The notes beneath the pieces were generated by a model. It made no database searches and was not told the origin of the DNA. It worked only from the letters and a program-made list of their open reading frames with translations. DNA of 63,714 nt, the filler included, from Nitrospinota bacterium (GTDB lineage Bacteria > JAUXIQ01), in NCBI GenBank assembly GCA_030620925.1. It is 11 parts of 11 records of this genome, joined end to end, with 100 filler letters (N's around TTAATTAATTAA, not from the genome) between each part and the next. Parts side by side here need not be neighbours in the genome. Positions count along the whole stretch, not along the records: positions 8,211 to 14,764 come from JAUXIQ010000118.1; positions 14,865 to 23,293 come from JAUXIQ010000067.1; 9 more parts are not named here. One strand, given 5' to 3'. Position 1 is the first letter of the stretch, and every line of letters starts with the position of its first letter. Position numbers and translations under genes: made by a program. Below are positions 10,737 through 20,588 of this stretch, piece after piece.

Positions 10737-11957
10737 CTACACTACTCCTTCTTCCCGCAGCTTTTCCACCTCCTCAGGACTGTAGCCCAACTCTCCGAAT
10801 ACCTCTTCGTTATTCTGGCCGAGCTGAGGGGCGGGGTTCCTGGGGCCGCAAGGGGTCTTTGAAAGCTTCACCGGACAACCCATGATCTTGATCTTTCCCG
10901 CCACCGGGTGATCCTGCTCCACTAACATGTCGCCCGCCAGCACGTGCGGGTCGTTCACCAGGTCCTTGTAGGTGTAGACCGGGCAGACCAGGATGTCTTC
11001 CTTCTCCAGTATCTCTATCCATTCGTCGGTGGTTTTGGTAAGGAACATCTTCTCTACATATTCATGAAGCTGTTCCTGGTTCTCCTGCCTCTTTGCCACT
11101 GTTTCGTATAGGGGGTCGTTCTCCAGGTGTTCCAGGTCCATTACCCGGCAGACGGCCGGCCAGCGACTATCGGTGAAGGAATCGGCGACCAGGTAAGAAT
11201 CCCTGGTCTTATAGACTCCGCATATCTCGCGCCGGTATACACCGGTATGGGAAAGGTAGTGTCCCTTGCGGCGCTTGATCTTGTCCATATCCAGGTTAGC
11301 GGTCGGCAGCATCTCCCAGGATTGGAGGGCCATCTGGCTGTCCAGCAGAGAGACCGCGACCCTCTGACCCTCGCCGGTGCGCTCCCTGTGAAAAAGGGCA
11401 ACGACTATGCCGTAAGCGCTGTTCATGCCCCCCACCTGATCGGCGATGGCAGCACCCACTGGCGTGGGCGGCGAATCGGGCCCGCCGGTAACGCTCATTA
11501 TCCCGCCCATGGCCTGGGCCATGGTATCCATTCCCGGCTTGTGAGCGTAGGGGCCTTCCTGCCCGTAACAGGAAGCCGAGCAGTAGATGATGCGGGGGTT
11601 AATCCCTGAAAGCTTTTCATAGCTGAATCCCAGCGCCCCGGCCACGCCCGGCCGGTAATTTTCCAGGAAGACGTCGCAGACCTTTGCCAGCCGGTAAATA
11701 ATTTCTTTTCCCTTATCCTGCTTTATATCGACCGTGATGCTCCCCTTGTTGCGGTTCAGGGTCAGGAAGCAGAGGTTCTCTCCATTAACCAGGTAATCCT
11801 TCTCGAACCGCTCCGGGCGGCGCGTCAACTCGCCTCTGTCCGGCGGCTCAACCTTTATCACCTCGGCACCCATGTCGGCAAGCAACATGGAGCATACGGG
11901 TCCCACCTGGAATCTGGAGAGGTCCAACACCCTGATTCCCTCAAGCGGCAGTTTCAT
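10737..11957 (-). CDS. CaiB/BaiF (class III) CoA-transferase
   Basis: LEGIRVLDLS, LADMGAEVIKVE, NRNK, ENYRPG, catalytic Asp in AIADQVGG; start re-placed at MKLPLEG behind GGAGG. Confidence 0.93.
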   Translation of the reverse strand: MKLPLEGIRVLDLSRFQVGPVCSMLLADMGAEVIKVEPPDRGELTRRPERFEKDYLVNGENLCFLTLNRNKGSITVDIKQDKGKEIIYRLAKVCDVFLENYRPGVAGALGFSYEKLSGINPRIIYCSASCYGQEGPYAHKPGMDTMAQAMGGIMSVTGGPDSPPTPVGAAIADQVGGMNSAYGIVVALFHRERTGEGQRVAVSLLDSQMALQSWEMLPTANLDMDKIKRRKGHYLSHTGVYRREICGVYKTRDSYLVADSFTDSRWPAVCRVMDLEHLENDPLYETVAKRQENQEQLHEYVEKMFLTKTTDEWIEILEKEDILVCPVYTYKDLVNDPHVLAGDMLVEQDHPVAGKIKIMGCPVKLSKTPCGPRNPAPQLGQNNEEVFGELGYSPEEVEKLREEGVV

Positions 11958-11992
11958 TTCCTCCCCCCTCTTGAAAGGTAAAATATCTTTAT

Positions 11993-13405
11993 CTACCATA
12001 TCTCTTTGTATTTGTGCGCCCAGGGCAGCGCCTCTTCGAAGGCGGCCGAAGCCTTGAGCACGGTCGCCTCATCGTAGCGCCGCCCCACTATCTGTAGTCC
12101 CACGGGGAGGCCGTCTTCCGTCCACCCGCAGGGTAGGCTGGCTGCTGGCTGACCGGTGAGGTTAAAAGGAAAGGTCAGGGCAACCCAGCTCAGTGGGCCC
12201 AATTTCCTGCCTTCGATTTCATCAACCCTGGATAGCTCTGCGGAAAACGGAGGAACGGCGGTTGACGGACACAACAGCAGATCGTAGCGTTCGAAGAAGG
12301 AGTTCACCTGTCCCCAGAAAGCCTCCCGCTGGTGGCCTGCTTTGACGTAGTCGTTGGCGGTAACGTTGTCCGATGCCTGGAGCATCTCCACCAGGGTGGG
12401 GTCCATCTTCCCGCCCCACTCCTCCAGCTTACCGCCCCAGGCGCCGTAAACATCTGCCTGGGCTATGGTCATAAAAACAGCTTCCGGATCATCGAAGCCT
12501 GGGTCTTCTTCCACAAACTCGCAGCCCAGCCCCGCAAAAACCCGCGCCGCTTCCCCGGCGATGGCGCGCACCTGGGGGTCCACAGCAGCGTAGCCGAAGT
12601 CGGGCGTCCAGGCCACGCGCAGGCCCCTCACGCCGCCCTCGCACGAGTCCAGGTATGATATTCCCTGGTCGGGTAGTGAGGCGCGGTCCCGGTCATCAGG
12701 TCCGGCGATTGAGTCCATCATGAGGGCCGCGTCGCGCACGGTGCGGGTCATGGGGCCGGTGTGCGAAAAAGAACCCATCCCCGGGAAGCCTGCTCCTTTG
12801 GCCACCCTTCCGTACTGGGGCTTCAATCCGTAGACACCGCAGAAACTGGCGGGTATGCGGATGGAACCGCCGCCGTCCGTGCCCACGGCCAGGGGCCCCA
12901 TACCGGTGGCCACCGCCACCCCCGCCCCGCCGCTGGAGCCGCCTGATGTGCGGTCCGTCACCCAGGGGTTATAGGTGGTGCCTAAGAGGGGGCTGTTGGT
13001 CACGCCTTTGTGTCCGAATTCGGGGGTGTTGGTCTTGCCCAGGATGATGGCGCCCGCCCCTTTCAGTTTATCCACCACCACGGCGTCCTCATCGGGAACG
13101 AAGTCCTCGAAAATTTTGGAGCCCAAGGTGGTCCTCACTCCTTTGGTGAAAACCAGGTCCTTGATGGAGACCGGAACTCCATGCAGCGGGCCCAGCTCTT
13201 CGCCGCGCCCCACGGCCTCTTCCGCCGATTTAGCGGCATCCCGCGCCGCGCCGTCGGTTAGCGTGCAAAAAGCGTTCAACTTCGGGTTCAGCTCTTCTAT
13301 CCTTTCCAGGGCGGCGTCCACCGCCTCCACCGGCGAGAGCTTCTTGTCTCTTATGGCGGCAGCCATTTCCGTGGCGGGCATAAGACAGAGTTCTTTATCG
13401 GCCAT
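11993..13405 (-). CDS. Amidase-signature family amidase
   Basis: GVPVSIKD, GKTNTPEFG, GGSSGG, GTDGGGSIRIPA. Confidence 0.93.
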   Translation of the reverse strand: MADKELCLMPATEMAAAIRDKKLSPVEAVDAALERIEELNPKLNAFCTLTDGAARDAAKSAEEAVGRGEELGPLHGVPVSIKDLVFTKGVRTTLGSKIFEDFVPDEDAVVVDKLKGAGAIILGKTNTPEFGHKGVTNSPLLGTTYNPWVTDRTSGGSSGGAGVAVATGMGPLAVGTDGGGSIRIPASFCGVYGLKPQYGRVAKGAGFPGMGSFSHTGPMTRTVRDAALMMDSIAGPDDRDRASLPDQGISYLDSCEGGVRGLRVAWTPDFGYAAVDPQVRAIAGEAARVFAGLGCEFVEEDPGFDDPEAVFMTIAQADVYGAWGGKLEEWGGKMDPTLVEMLQASDNVTANDYVKAGHQREAFWGQVNSFFERYDLLLCPSTAVPPFSAELSRVDEIEGRKLGPLSWVALTFPFNLTGQPAASLPCGWTEDGLPVGLQIVGRRYDEATVLKASAAFEEALPWAHKYKEIW

Positions 13406-13627
13406 GAGTCCATCCCCCATTCTTCATTTCAGGTGTTTTCAGATCGATCGACAATGACAACGATACAAGTTTAATCGAACTCCACTATTTTGCAATTAAA
13501 AAGGTCCATGTATCAACCCGATTTATTGATTGATATTAAAATATCGTTCCGCTAAAGTTATATAAAATAACGACCAAGTATCTCCACGAGAGAGCATTTC
13601 AACAATTTCCGAAGAGAGCCGACGCAA

Positions 13628-14764
13628 ATGAATTGCCCCCAATGCCAAACCGAAAACCCGGAAACGAGAAAGTTTTGCCGGGAGTGCGGGTCGAAACTTT
13701 CGCTGGCCTGTGCTCAATGCGGCTATGAGAACCTGCCCGGAGACAAGTTCTGCGGCGAATGCGGGCATGAGCTGGCGGCTCCTGCCGAACAGCAGCCCCC
13801 CAAAGAGCTATCCTTCGAAGAGAAGCTGGACAAAATCCAGCGCTACCTCCCCGGCGGAGTCACCGAAAAGATACTGGCCCAGCGGGGCAAGATCGAGGGG
13901 GAGCGGAAACAGGTAACCGTCATGTTCTGCGACATGGAGGGATATACCTCACTTGCCGAGAGGGTTGGGCCGGAAGAAATCTACTCCATAATGGACGAAG
14001 TCTACGAGCTGCTCATCCATAACGTCCACGACTACGGCGGTACAGTCAACGAGCTGACCGGCGATGGCGTAATGGCCCTGTTCGGCGCGCCGATAGCACA
14101 GGAGGACGCCCCACAGCGCGCCATTCGCTCAGCACTGGCCGTCCACCGGGAGATGGTCAGATTCAGCGATAGTCGTAGGGGCGGCGCTCGCTCCGCCCAA
14201 AATGTCCCCGCCCTTAAAATGCGCGTGGGCATCCATACCGGCCCCGTGGTGGTGGGAACCGTAGGGAATGATTTAAGAGTGGAGTTCAAGGCGGTGGGGG
14301 ACACGGTGAACCTGTCCTCACGTATGCAGGAGATAGCCGAGCCGGGCACCACCTACGTAACCGATGATACATTTAAGCTCACCGAGGGCCTGTTCCGTTT
14401 CGAGGCCATGGGTGAGCGTGAAATAAAGGGCAAGGAAGAGCCTGTCAGCACCTACCGGGTCATCGCACCCAGCGCCAGGCGGACGCGCTTCGACGTAAAC
14501 GCCGAACGCGGCTTGACCCCCTTCATAGGGCGAGAAAAAGAGCTGGAGCTTCTGCTGGACGGCTACCAGCGGGCCAGGGAAGGGAGGGGCCAGGCGTTCT
14601 CGATAGTGGCCGAGGCGGGCGTGGGTAAGTCCAGGCTCCTGTACGAGTTCAGGAAAGCAGTGACCAACGAGGACGCCACCTTTTTAGAAGGCAGATGCCT
14701 CTCCTACAGCGGCGGCACGGCCTACCATCCGATTATAGACCTCCTGAAATCCAACTTCGATATC
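13628..14764 (+). CDS. Double zinc-ribbon + class III cyclase + AAA ATPase, partial
   Basis: CxxC x4, VTVMFCD, TGDGVMALFGAP, Walker A AEAGVGKS. Confidence 0.92.
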
Positions 14765-14864
14765 NNNNNNNNNNNNNNNNNNNNNNNNNNNNNNNNNNNN
14801 NNNNNNNNTTAATTAATTAANNNNNNNNNNNNNNNNNNNNNNNNNNNNNNNNNNNNNNNNNNNN

Positions 14865-15087
14865 ACAGATAAACATTTTGGAAAAGGCTTTTCGTGCCAC
14901 AGTTACGACAGCTATTAATCGCGAATTGAATATATTGCGAAGGAACGGAATGACGGGTCAAAACCTATTGAGTACTCTCATTAATATCTACCATCAGCAC
15001 AATATGAAGGAGCGGTTGGATAACCGTAGGCTGATATTAGAGGATCATCTGATTCCTAAGATAGTGTGTAGTGAATATTTGATGTAA
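14865..15087 (+). CDS. Hypothetical protein, 3' fragment, AT-rich
   Basis: Open frame from the contig edge to TAA 15087; no recognised motif. Confidence 0.3.
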
Positions 15088-15107
15088 CACTACATATATG
15101 TTACCAG

Positions 15108-15341
15108 TCAGCCGTAGGTTTCTTCGATGATGCGGTTAAAACGGGGGACGTAGATGAGGTCGTAGACGTTGCCCTTGTCGGGGAACAGGGCCAGCACTTT
15201 CAGGCGGGTGTTCTTTAATAACGACTTTATCTCGTTTCCGGAAAGGTCGCCCCGGCTCAGCTTCCCGGCCGCGCCGTCGACGATATCGCGCAGCATGGCT
15301 ATCTTGACGTCTTCCCAGAGCGCTTCGTCATCTTTCTCCAT
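15108..15341 (-). CDS. Small hypothetical protein
   Basis: 77 aa with 'LFPDK..YDLIY.PRF.R' motif; 12 bp downstream of the radical SAM gene. Confidence 0.7.
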   Translation of the reverse strand: MEKDDEALWEDVKIAMLRDIVDGAAGKLSRGDLSGNEIKSLLKNTRLKVLALFPDKGNVYDLIYVPRFNRIIEETYG

Positions 15342-15353
15342 GTTTTTTTTCGG

Positions 15354-16805
15354 CTAATCTCCTGCCAGCTTCCTCAGTATGTCCCAGAAGGCCCCCCGAT
15401 AGCCCTCTTCCTTTATGGCTTTGAGGAGGAGGCTGTTGTCGTTATAGTTAAAGTTGTCGTCCACTTCTTCCTGGCGGGCGAAAAAGAACCTCCGGTCGCC
15501 GCCCACCAGCCTTTCCACTACGTCCATCATCCCCTCACCCAGTGTCGGCGAGACGTAGAAGGTGGGGTGGAAGAAATCTTCCTCGCCGGGGTGTGCGCCG
15601 TAGATATCCGGTCGGCCCTCAACACTTTCCTCATTTATAACAATATCCGCCATCTCCAGCCCTGGATAGAGCCGAACACCGGCGTTTATACCTACCCTGA
15701 CGGGCGAGAGCTCTTTCATCAGGCCGATGGTCCGGGCCAGGGTATCCTCGGTCTCCCCCGGGCCGCCGATGAGGAGGTCGAACATGAAGGGGATGCCCGT
15801 CTCCCTGCAGATGGATGCGGTGCGTATCAGGTCTTCCCTCTTGAAATCGCGCCCCAGACCCTCCAGGATTTCGTCGCAGCCGCTGTCCACACCGAAATTT
15901 ATTCCCGCGCATCCCGCCTCGACCATGAGCCGGGCAAGCTCTGCGTCGAACGGCAGTGGCGACAGGTAGGTATACCATCGGATGCGGTCGCCCAGTTTTC
16001 GTCTCGCAAGCTCGCGGCATACTTCACGGGCATGGTCGTAGGGCAGGTTGAACTCGCTGTCGCAGGTGTGGAAATGGTTCACCCCCCGGGATAGTAGAGA
16101 CTCTATTTCGCCTGCTACATCAGAGGGGGGCTTCAACCGGTAGCGCCTCCCTTTGATGACCGGCTCCGGGCAGAAGACGCACCCGCTGTCGCAGCCGCGC
16201 CCCGCCTCGAAACTTCCCATGCCCCCTTCATCGTGGTAGCGCCGGTTGTCCACCCAATCCCGCCCCAGGGGGGGCATGGAGGAGAAATCGGGAAAACAGG
16301 CCGGGTTTTTTCGGTAACCATCGCCCTCTCTATATATCAGGCCCGGCACGCCGCGAACATCCTCGCCGCGGGCGAGACGCTCGGCCAGCTCGAGGATGGG
16401 GACCTCCCCGTCCCCCCATATCCCGAAAGGGACGCCGCAATACCCGGCTATGCGCTCCGGAAAAATGGAGTAGCCCGTCCCGCCCAGCACTATGGGTGCA
16501 TCTGAATGGCGTCTCACGGCATCCACCACCTCTTTCAGGCGGGGCACCATGAAATCTCTGCTCACGTAGTAGACGTCATCGGTGTTTCTGAAGGTGATGC
16601 CTATGAGGAGATATTCATTTCCGCCGAGGGCGTGTGCTATGTCTTCCTCCACGTCCCTTGAGAAACAGAGGTCGAGAAGCTCCGCCCTGAAGCCGCCCGA
16701 ATGGAGTGCGGAGGCGAGGTAGTCCAGGGCCACCGGCGCAACGGGGGGCTTGATCCGGTTCGGATTAATCAGTAGCACTGATTTATCGGGCATCTGCGTT
16801 TCCAC
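15354..16805 (-). CDS. Cobalamin-binding radical SAM methyltransferase, TsrM-like
   Basis: LINPN..PP.AP.ALD.L, RNTD, CDSGCVFCPE (CxxxCxxC+E), H.H.CDSEFNL, C-terminal NYNDN..GY.GAFW. Confidence 0.85.
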   Translation of the reverse strand: METQMPDKSVLLINPNRIKPPVAPVALDYLASALHSGGFRAELLDLCFSRDVEEDIAHALGGNEYLLIGITFRNTDDVYYVSRDFMVPRLKEVVDAVRRHSDAPIVLGGTGYSIFPERIAGYCGVPFGIWGDGEVPILELAERLARGEDVRGVPGLIYREGDGYRKNPACFPDFSSMPPLGRDWVDNRRYHDEGGMGSFEAGRGCDSGCVFCPEPVIKGRRYRLKPPSDVAGEIESLLSRGVNHFHTCDSEFNLPYDHAREVCRELARRKLGDRIRWYTYLSPLPFDAELARLMVEAGCAGINFGVDSGCDEILEGLGRDFKREDLIRTASICRETGIPFMFDLLIGGPGETEDTLARTIGLMKELSPVRVGINAGVRLYPGLEMADIVINEESVEGRPDIYGAHPGEEDFFHPTFYVSPTLGEGMMDVVERLVGGDRRFFFARQEEVDDNFNYNDNSLLLKAIKEEGYRGAFWDILRKLAGD

Positions 16806-16841
16806 TGCGGCTCAACCATGAAATGCGGTCGCGTCCGGGGA

Positions 16842-17882
16842 TCATCGCTGGTCGAGATAAATTCTATCCAGCCCCAGCAGGTCTACGGACTCATCAAGTA
16901 TCACCGCGTAGAGGTTGAGGTAAGTGGGATACTCTACGAACCCCATGAGCCTGAACACCGTCTCGTCCATGCAGGGCGGGCCCATGATGTTCGCTACTAT
17001 ATTTCCCTGCTCTTTTATTCTGGACAGGGCGGCGGCGATGAGGGCCGAGGTCTGTATGCCGTCCAGGCTCCCGAACCAGACGTTGTCAAAAGTGGCCACC
17101 TGCTCCACCGTCTTGGCGATACGGGGCATGGTGAAGTAGTTTAGGAGCCCCTCCACTTTTCCCTCCACTTCCATGACCAGCGTGTCGGAAAATGGAGGAT
17201 GGCGGAGCTGCCAGGCCAGCTCCTCCTCGCTGTCCCAGACCCTGGCGAAAGGCACGCTGTGCCGGATGCCGTTAAGCAGCTCCAGGCAGCGGGGGAGATC
17301 GGAATCCTGGTAAGGGCGGATGTCGCCCTGGTAGCCGGTAACGGCAGGAATATCCACCTGCACCTTGCTCCAGTCCACCCTGCTCTTAGCCGAGAGCTTG
17401 GAGGTATCCAGTATGCGCACCCTGAGCGGACATTTGTAAACCAGTTGCACCTTGACGTCCCGCTCATCCCCGTAGCGCTTATACAGGGGTTCGGAGGCGT
17501 GTCCTTCCTGCAGGTAGACGAAGGTGCACTGATAACCCTTCTCTCTGTTTCTCCGCAGTCGTTCTTCCACCAGCCTCCAGCCTATCTTCTTCCGGCGGTG
17601 GTCGGCGTGGGCGGTGAAAAAGGTGGACATGGTGGTCTTGAGGGGCCGCTCGCCCAGGTACATACTGCGGTGGAATGAGGAGCCGAAGCCGACTATCTCC
17701 TCCCCGAGATATGCGCCCACCAGAAGCTCCTCATCCGCGCCGGGGGCCTGAAAGTGCCACTTGAGGAACTCCGGTGTATAGTCCAGGCGCGGCTCCCTGT
17801 GATAATCCTTATCCCATGCGACGTCCATCATGGAATATAGTTGCTCTATATCCGAATCGAAAGTCTTGATGGCGTAATCCAT
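16842..17882 (-). CDS. Tandem-GNAT acyltransferase resembling glycylpeptide N-myristoyltransferase
   Basis: [17 protein letters not shown], motif A '[11 protein letters not shown]', second GNAT half '[10 protein letters not shown]...EEEL.W...DTLV.E..G.V'. Confidence 0.7.
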   Translation of the reverse strand: [346 protein letters not shown]

Positions 17883-17925
17883 CGGATCAAGGCCTCCCTT
17901 TTTCAGGCCTGCGCTCCGGTCCGTA

Positions 17926-18321
17926 TCACTTGCTGCGGCAGGCTATGCATTCGATCTCCACCAGAAGCCCCTCCGCCAGGGCGGCAACCTGGAAGCAGCT
18001 CCGGGCGGGCTGATTGTCGGGGAAATATCCCCTGTAGATTTCGTTGAGCTTGCCGAAATTCTTCATATCGGTCAGGAAAACGGTGACTTTCAATACGTCA
18101 TCCAGGGATGAATCCGTTCCCTCGAGAATAATTTTAACGTTGTCCAGCGTCCTCCTCACCTGCTCCTCGAAACTGCCCTTGACCAGTTGGTCCGACTGAG
18201 GATCGAATGAGACCTGCCCCGATACGAATATCAGGTCCCCGTAAGCGGTTGCCTGGGAAAAAGGCAGGTTGAGCTTCTCGAACCCGGGTCCATTTTCTAC
18301 GTGTATAATCTCCTTTTTCAT
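17926..18321 (-). CDS. RidA/YjgF/UK114 family enamine deaminase
   Basis: PFSQA, FVSGQ, KVTVFL, PARSC, VEIECIA. Confidence 0.92.
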   Translation of the reverse strand: MKKEIIHVENGPGFEKLNLPFSQATAYGDLIFVSGQVSFDPQSDQLVKGSFEEQVRRTLDNVKIILEGTDSSLDDVLKVTVFLTDMKNFGKLNEIYRGYFPDNQPARSCFQVAALAEGLLVEIECIACRSK

Positions 18322-18362
18322 TTCTCCCTCCTCTGCTTATGCAATGTCGGTTAACTAAAAAA

Positions 18363-19610
18363 TCATCCGTAAAAACGACTAAGGATAAGGTAGATAACTA
18401 TGGTCAAACCCGCGGTGAAAGGTACGGTCAACAGCCAGGACTTTACGATGTTGCCTATTATCTTGAGGTTGAGCGCTCCCATTCCCCTGGCCAGGCCGAC
18501 CCCCACCACGCAGCCCACAAGGGTGTGCGTGGTTGAGATGGGCATACCCATTTTGGAAGCAACGAGAACGGTGGTGGCTCCCGCAAACTCGGCCGAAAAC
18601 CCCCGTGAAGGCGTCATCTCAGTGATTTTTTTACCCAGTGTCTCCATCACCCTGTAGCCCCAGGTCGCTATCCCCACGGCAATGCCTACGCCACCCATCA
18701 GGAGAATCCAGGACGGCACTTCCACTTTAAGCGTCACTACACCGCTTTTTACCACTGAGTATATGGCCACCAGCGGTCCGACAGAGTTAGCCACATCGTT
18801 GGACCCGTGTGCAAAAGCCACATAGGCTGCAGTAATTATCTGCAGGTGGCGGAAAACGCCCTCCATGGTGGCAAACTCCTCGTGCAGGTTCTCATGTGAT
18901 TCGGGCAAGGCCTTTATCAATACCTTAACTACTACCATGGCCGCCAACCCCGCTCCGATGGAGATGACCAGGGCTTCCCATAAAGGCAGATTCAGATGCA
19001 GGTTTTTAAGCCCCTTGTAAATCAAGGCCATACTTATGAGTGCGAAAACGCAAAATACCAGGTAAGGAGCGTATTGCTTGACGGCGCTCGATGGGCTCTC
19101 TGTATTTATAATCTTTTTCTGTATGAAGGTAAACACGGCAAAAGCGATTACTCCGCCTGCAACCGGCGATATAAGCCAGCTTAAGACCACCATTCCCATC
19201 TTGCTCCAATCAACGGAAAAGAAACCTCCTCCTATTATTCCGAAACCCATGATGGCCCCGATGATGGAATGCGTGGTGGAGACCGGCATCCCGAAATAGG
19301 TGGCTATCTGGAGCCAGATACCGGCGGAGAGGAGAGCAGCAAACATTCCTATCACGAAGGCGTCGGGGTTTCCTTCGAAAATCACGGGGTCCACTATCCC
19401 TTTGCGCACCGTATCCGTAACTTGCGCCCCGACGAATACAGCGCCTATGGTAGTAAGAATGCCGGCCACGAAAATCGCCTGCCGCAACGTTATGGCTTTT
19501 GAAGCCACGGAGGTGGCCATGGAGTTGGCCACATCGTTGGCGCCTATATTCCAGGCCATGTACATGCCGGCAGCCATAGCGGCGAGGAGGAAGCCGTACT
19601 CAAATCCCAT
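18363..19610 (-). CDS. PiT family inorganic phosphate transporter
   Basis: GANDVANS, PVSTTHS, HGSNDVAN, PISTTH. Confidence 0.95.
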   Translation of the reverse strand: MGFEYGFLLAAMAAGMYMAWNIGANDVANSMATSVASKAITLRQAIFVAGILTTIGAVFVGAQVTDTVRKGIVDPVIFEGNPDAFVIGMFAALLSAGIWLQIATYFGMPVSTTHSIIGAIMGFGIIGGGFFSVDWSKMGMVVLSWLISPVAGGVIAFAVFTFIQKKIINTESPSSAVKQYAPYLVFCVFALISMALIYKGLKNLHLNLPLWEALVISIGAGLAAMVVVKVLIKALPESHENLHEEFATMEGVFRHLQIITAAYVAFAHGSNDVANSVGPLVAIYSVVKSGVVTLKVEVPSWILLMGGVGIAVGIATWGYRVMETLGKKITEMTPSRGFSAEFAGATTVLVASKMGMPISTTHTLVGCVVGVGLARGMGALNLKIIGNIVKSWLLTVPFTAGLTIVIYLILSRFYG

Positions 19611-19669
19611 CTGGACGAACCTCAACTTTAATTGGAGTAACAGAAGAGTTCAATTTAGAGGCGCAGGCT

Positions 19670-20341
19670 CTACTTCTGAAGGAACATGCGAATTTGTTTT
19701 CCCACCTTCTCAGCGTCGTTGCTGAGCTGCCCCAGCTTCTTGAAAATCTCCACCCACATGAACACCGCCACAGGCTCCAGCTCCTTTTCCATGGAGAACA
19801 GAAGCTGAGCCAGCTTGTACTGCCGCTTGTCGGCCTCCCATTCCATGGTCCCGTGCTCTTCGATCATCTTCAGCACTTTCCCCGACTCGGGCCCCCCGAA
19901 GGAAGCCTCCACAAGCTCATCCAGCTCATTCACTATTTCCCGGGACCTGTAGCATACCCGCAGTACATGGTCCACCACCTCGCGCAGGCTGGCCTCCATC
20001 CAGGAGGGGCATTCCATCTTACGCATGTTGACCAGTGCCGCCAGGTCCTCCACCGAATCGCTAATGTCGTCCTGAGCCGAGAGGAGCTTGAGGAGGTCGG
20101 TGCGGTCCACGGGAAGGAACAGGCTTTTCGGCAGGTTGTCGCGGATGTCGTTTTTTAACTCGTCGGCATCGTGCTCCAGCCGCATTATCTGTTTGGATAA
20201 AGCTTTCTGCTCGTCGTGATCCTTCTGATAGAGGGCTTCGAACAGGGGAGTAACCAGGTCCAGACACTCCTTCACCTTGGTCATGTGCTCCTGAAGGGGG
20301 AGAAAAGGTGATTTAGTGAAAAGTTTGGAAATGGATCTCAC
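19670..20341 (-). CDS. DUF47 / PhoU-like phosphate transport regulator
   Basis: LEHDADELK..IR..LP.SLFLPVDR.D, E.EAD; GTG start behind GGAGG; adjacent to PiT. Confidence 0.9.
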   Translation of the reverse strand: MRSISKLFTKSPFLPLQEHMTKVKECLDLVTPLFEALYQKDHDEQKALSKQIMRLEHDADELKNDIRDNLPKSLFLPVDRTDLLKLLSAQDDISDSVEDLAALVNMRKMECPSWMEASLREVVDHVLRVCYRSREIVNELDELVEASFGGPESGKVLKMIEEHGTMEWEADKRQYKLAQLLFSMEKELEPVAVFMWVEIFKKLGQLSNDAEKVGKQIRMFLQK

Positions 20342-20588
20342 GGTAGTTCCTCCTAAGCGTGTTATATCTTCCGTGGAAAGGCTGGCGAGCCTCACCAGGT
20401 CTGATCAATAATAGATTACTTCCTCCGTGGTTACCATAAAGTAAGCCGCCACAACCAGCGCTCTATTATAAATCTATTCCCATCAAGAGTTAAGTAAAAA
20501 TGTCAGACGGGTCGATAGTTTTCAGCAGTATGGTTTTGAAATTTAACACCTGATATTATATTATTACTGGCTATCATCGAAAGGAGAG

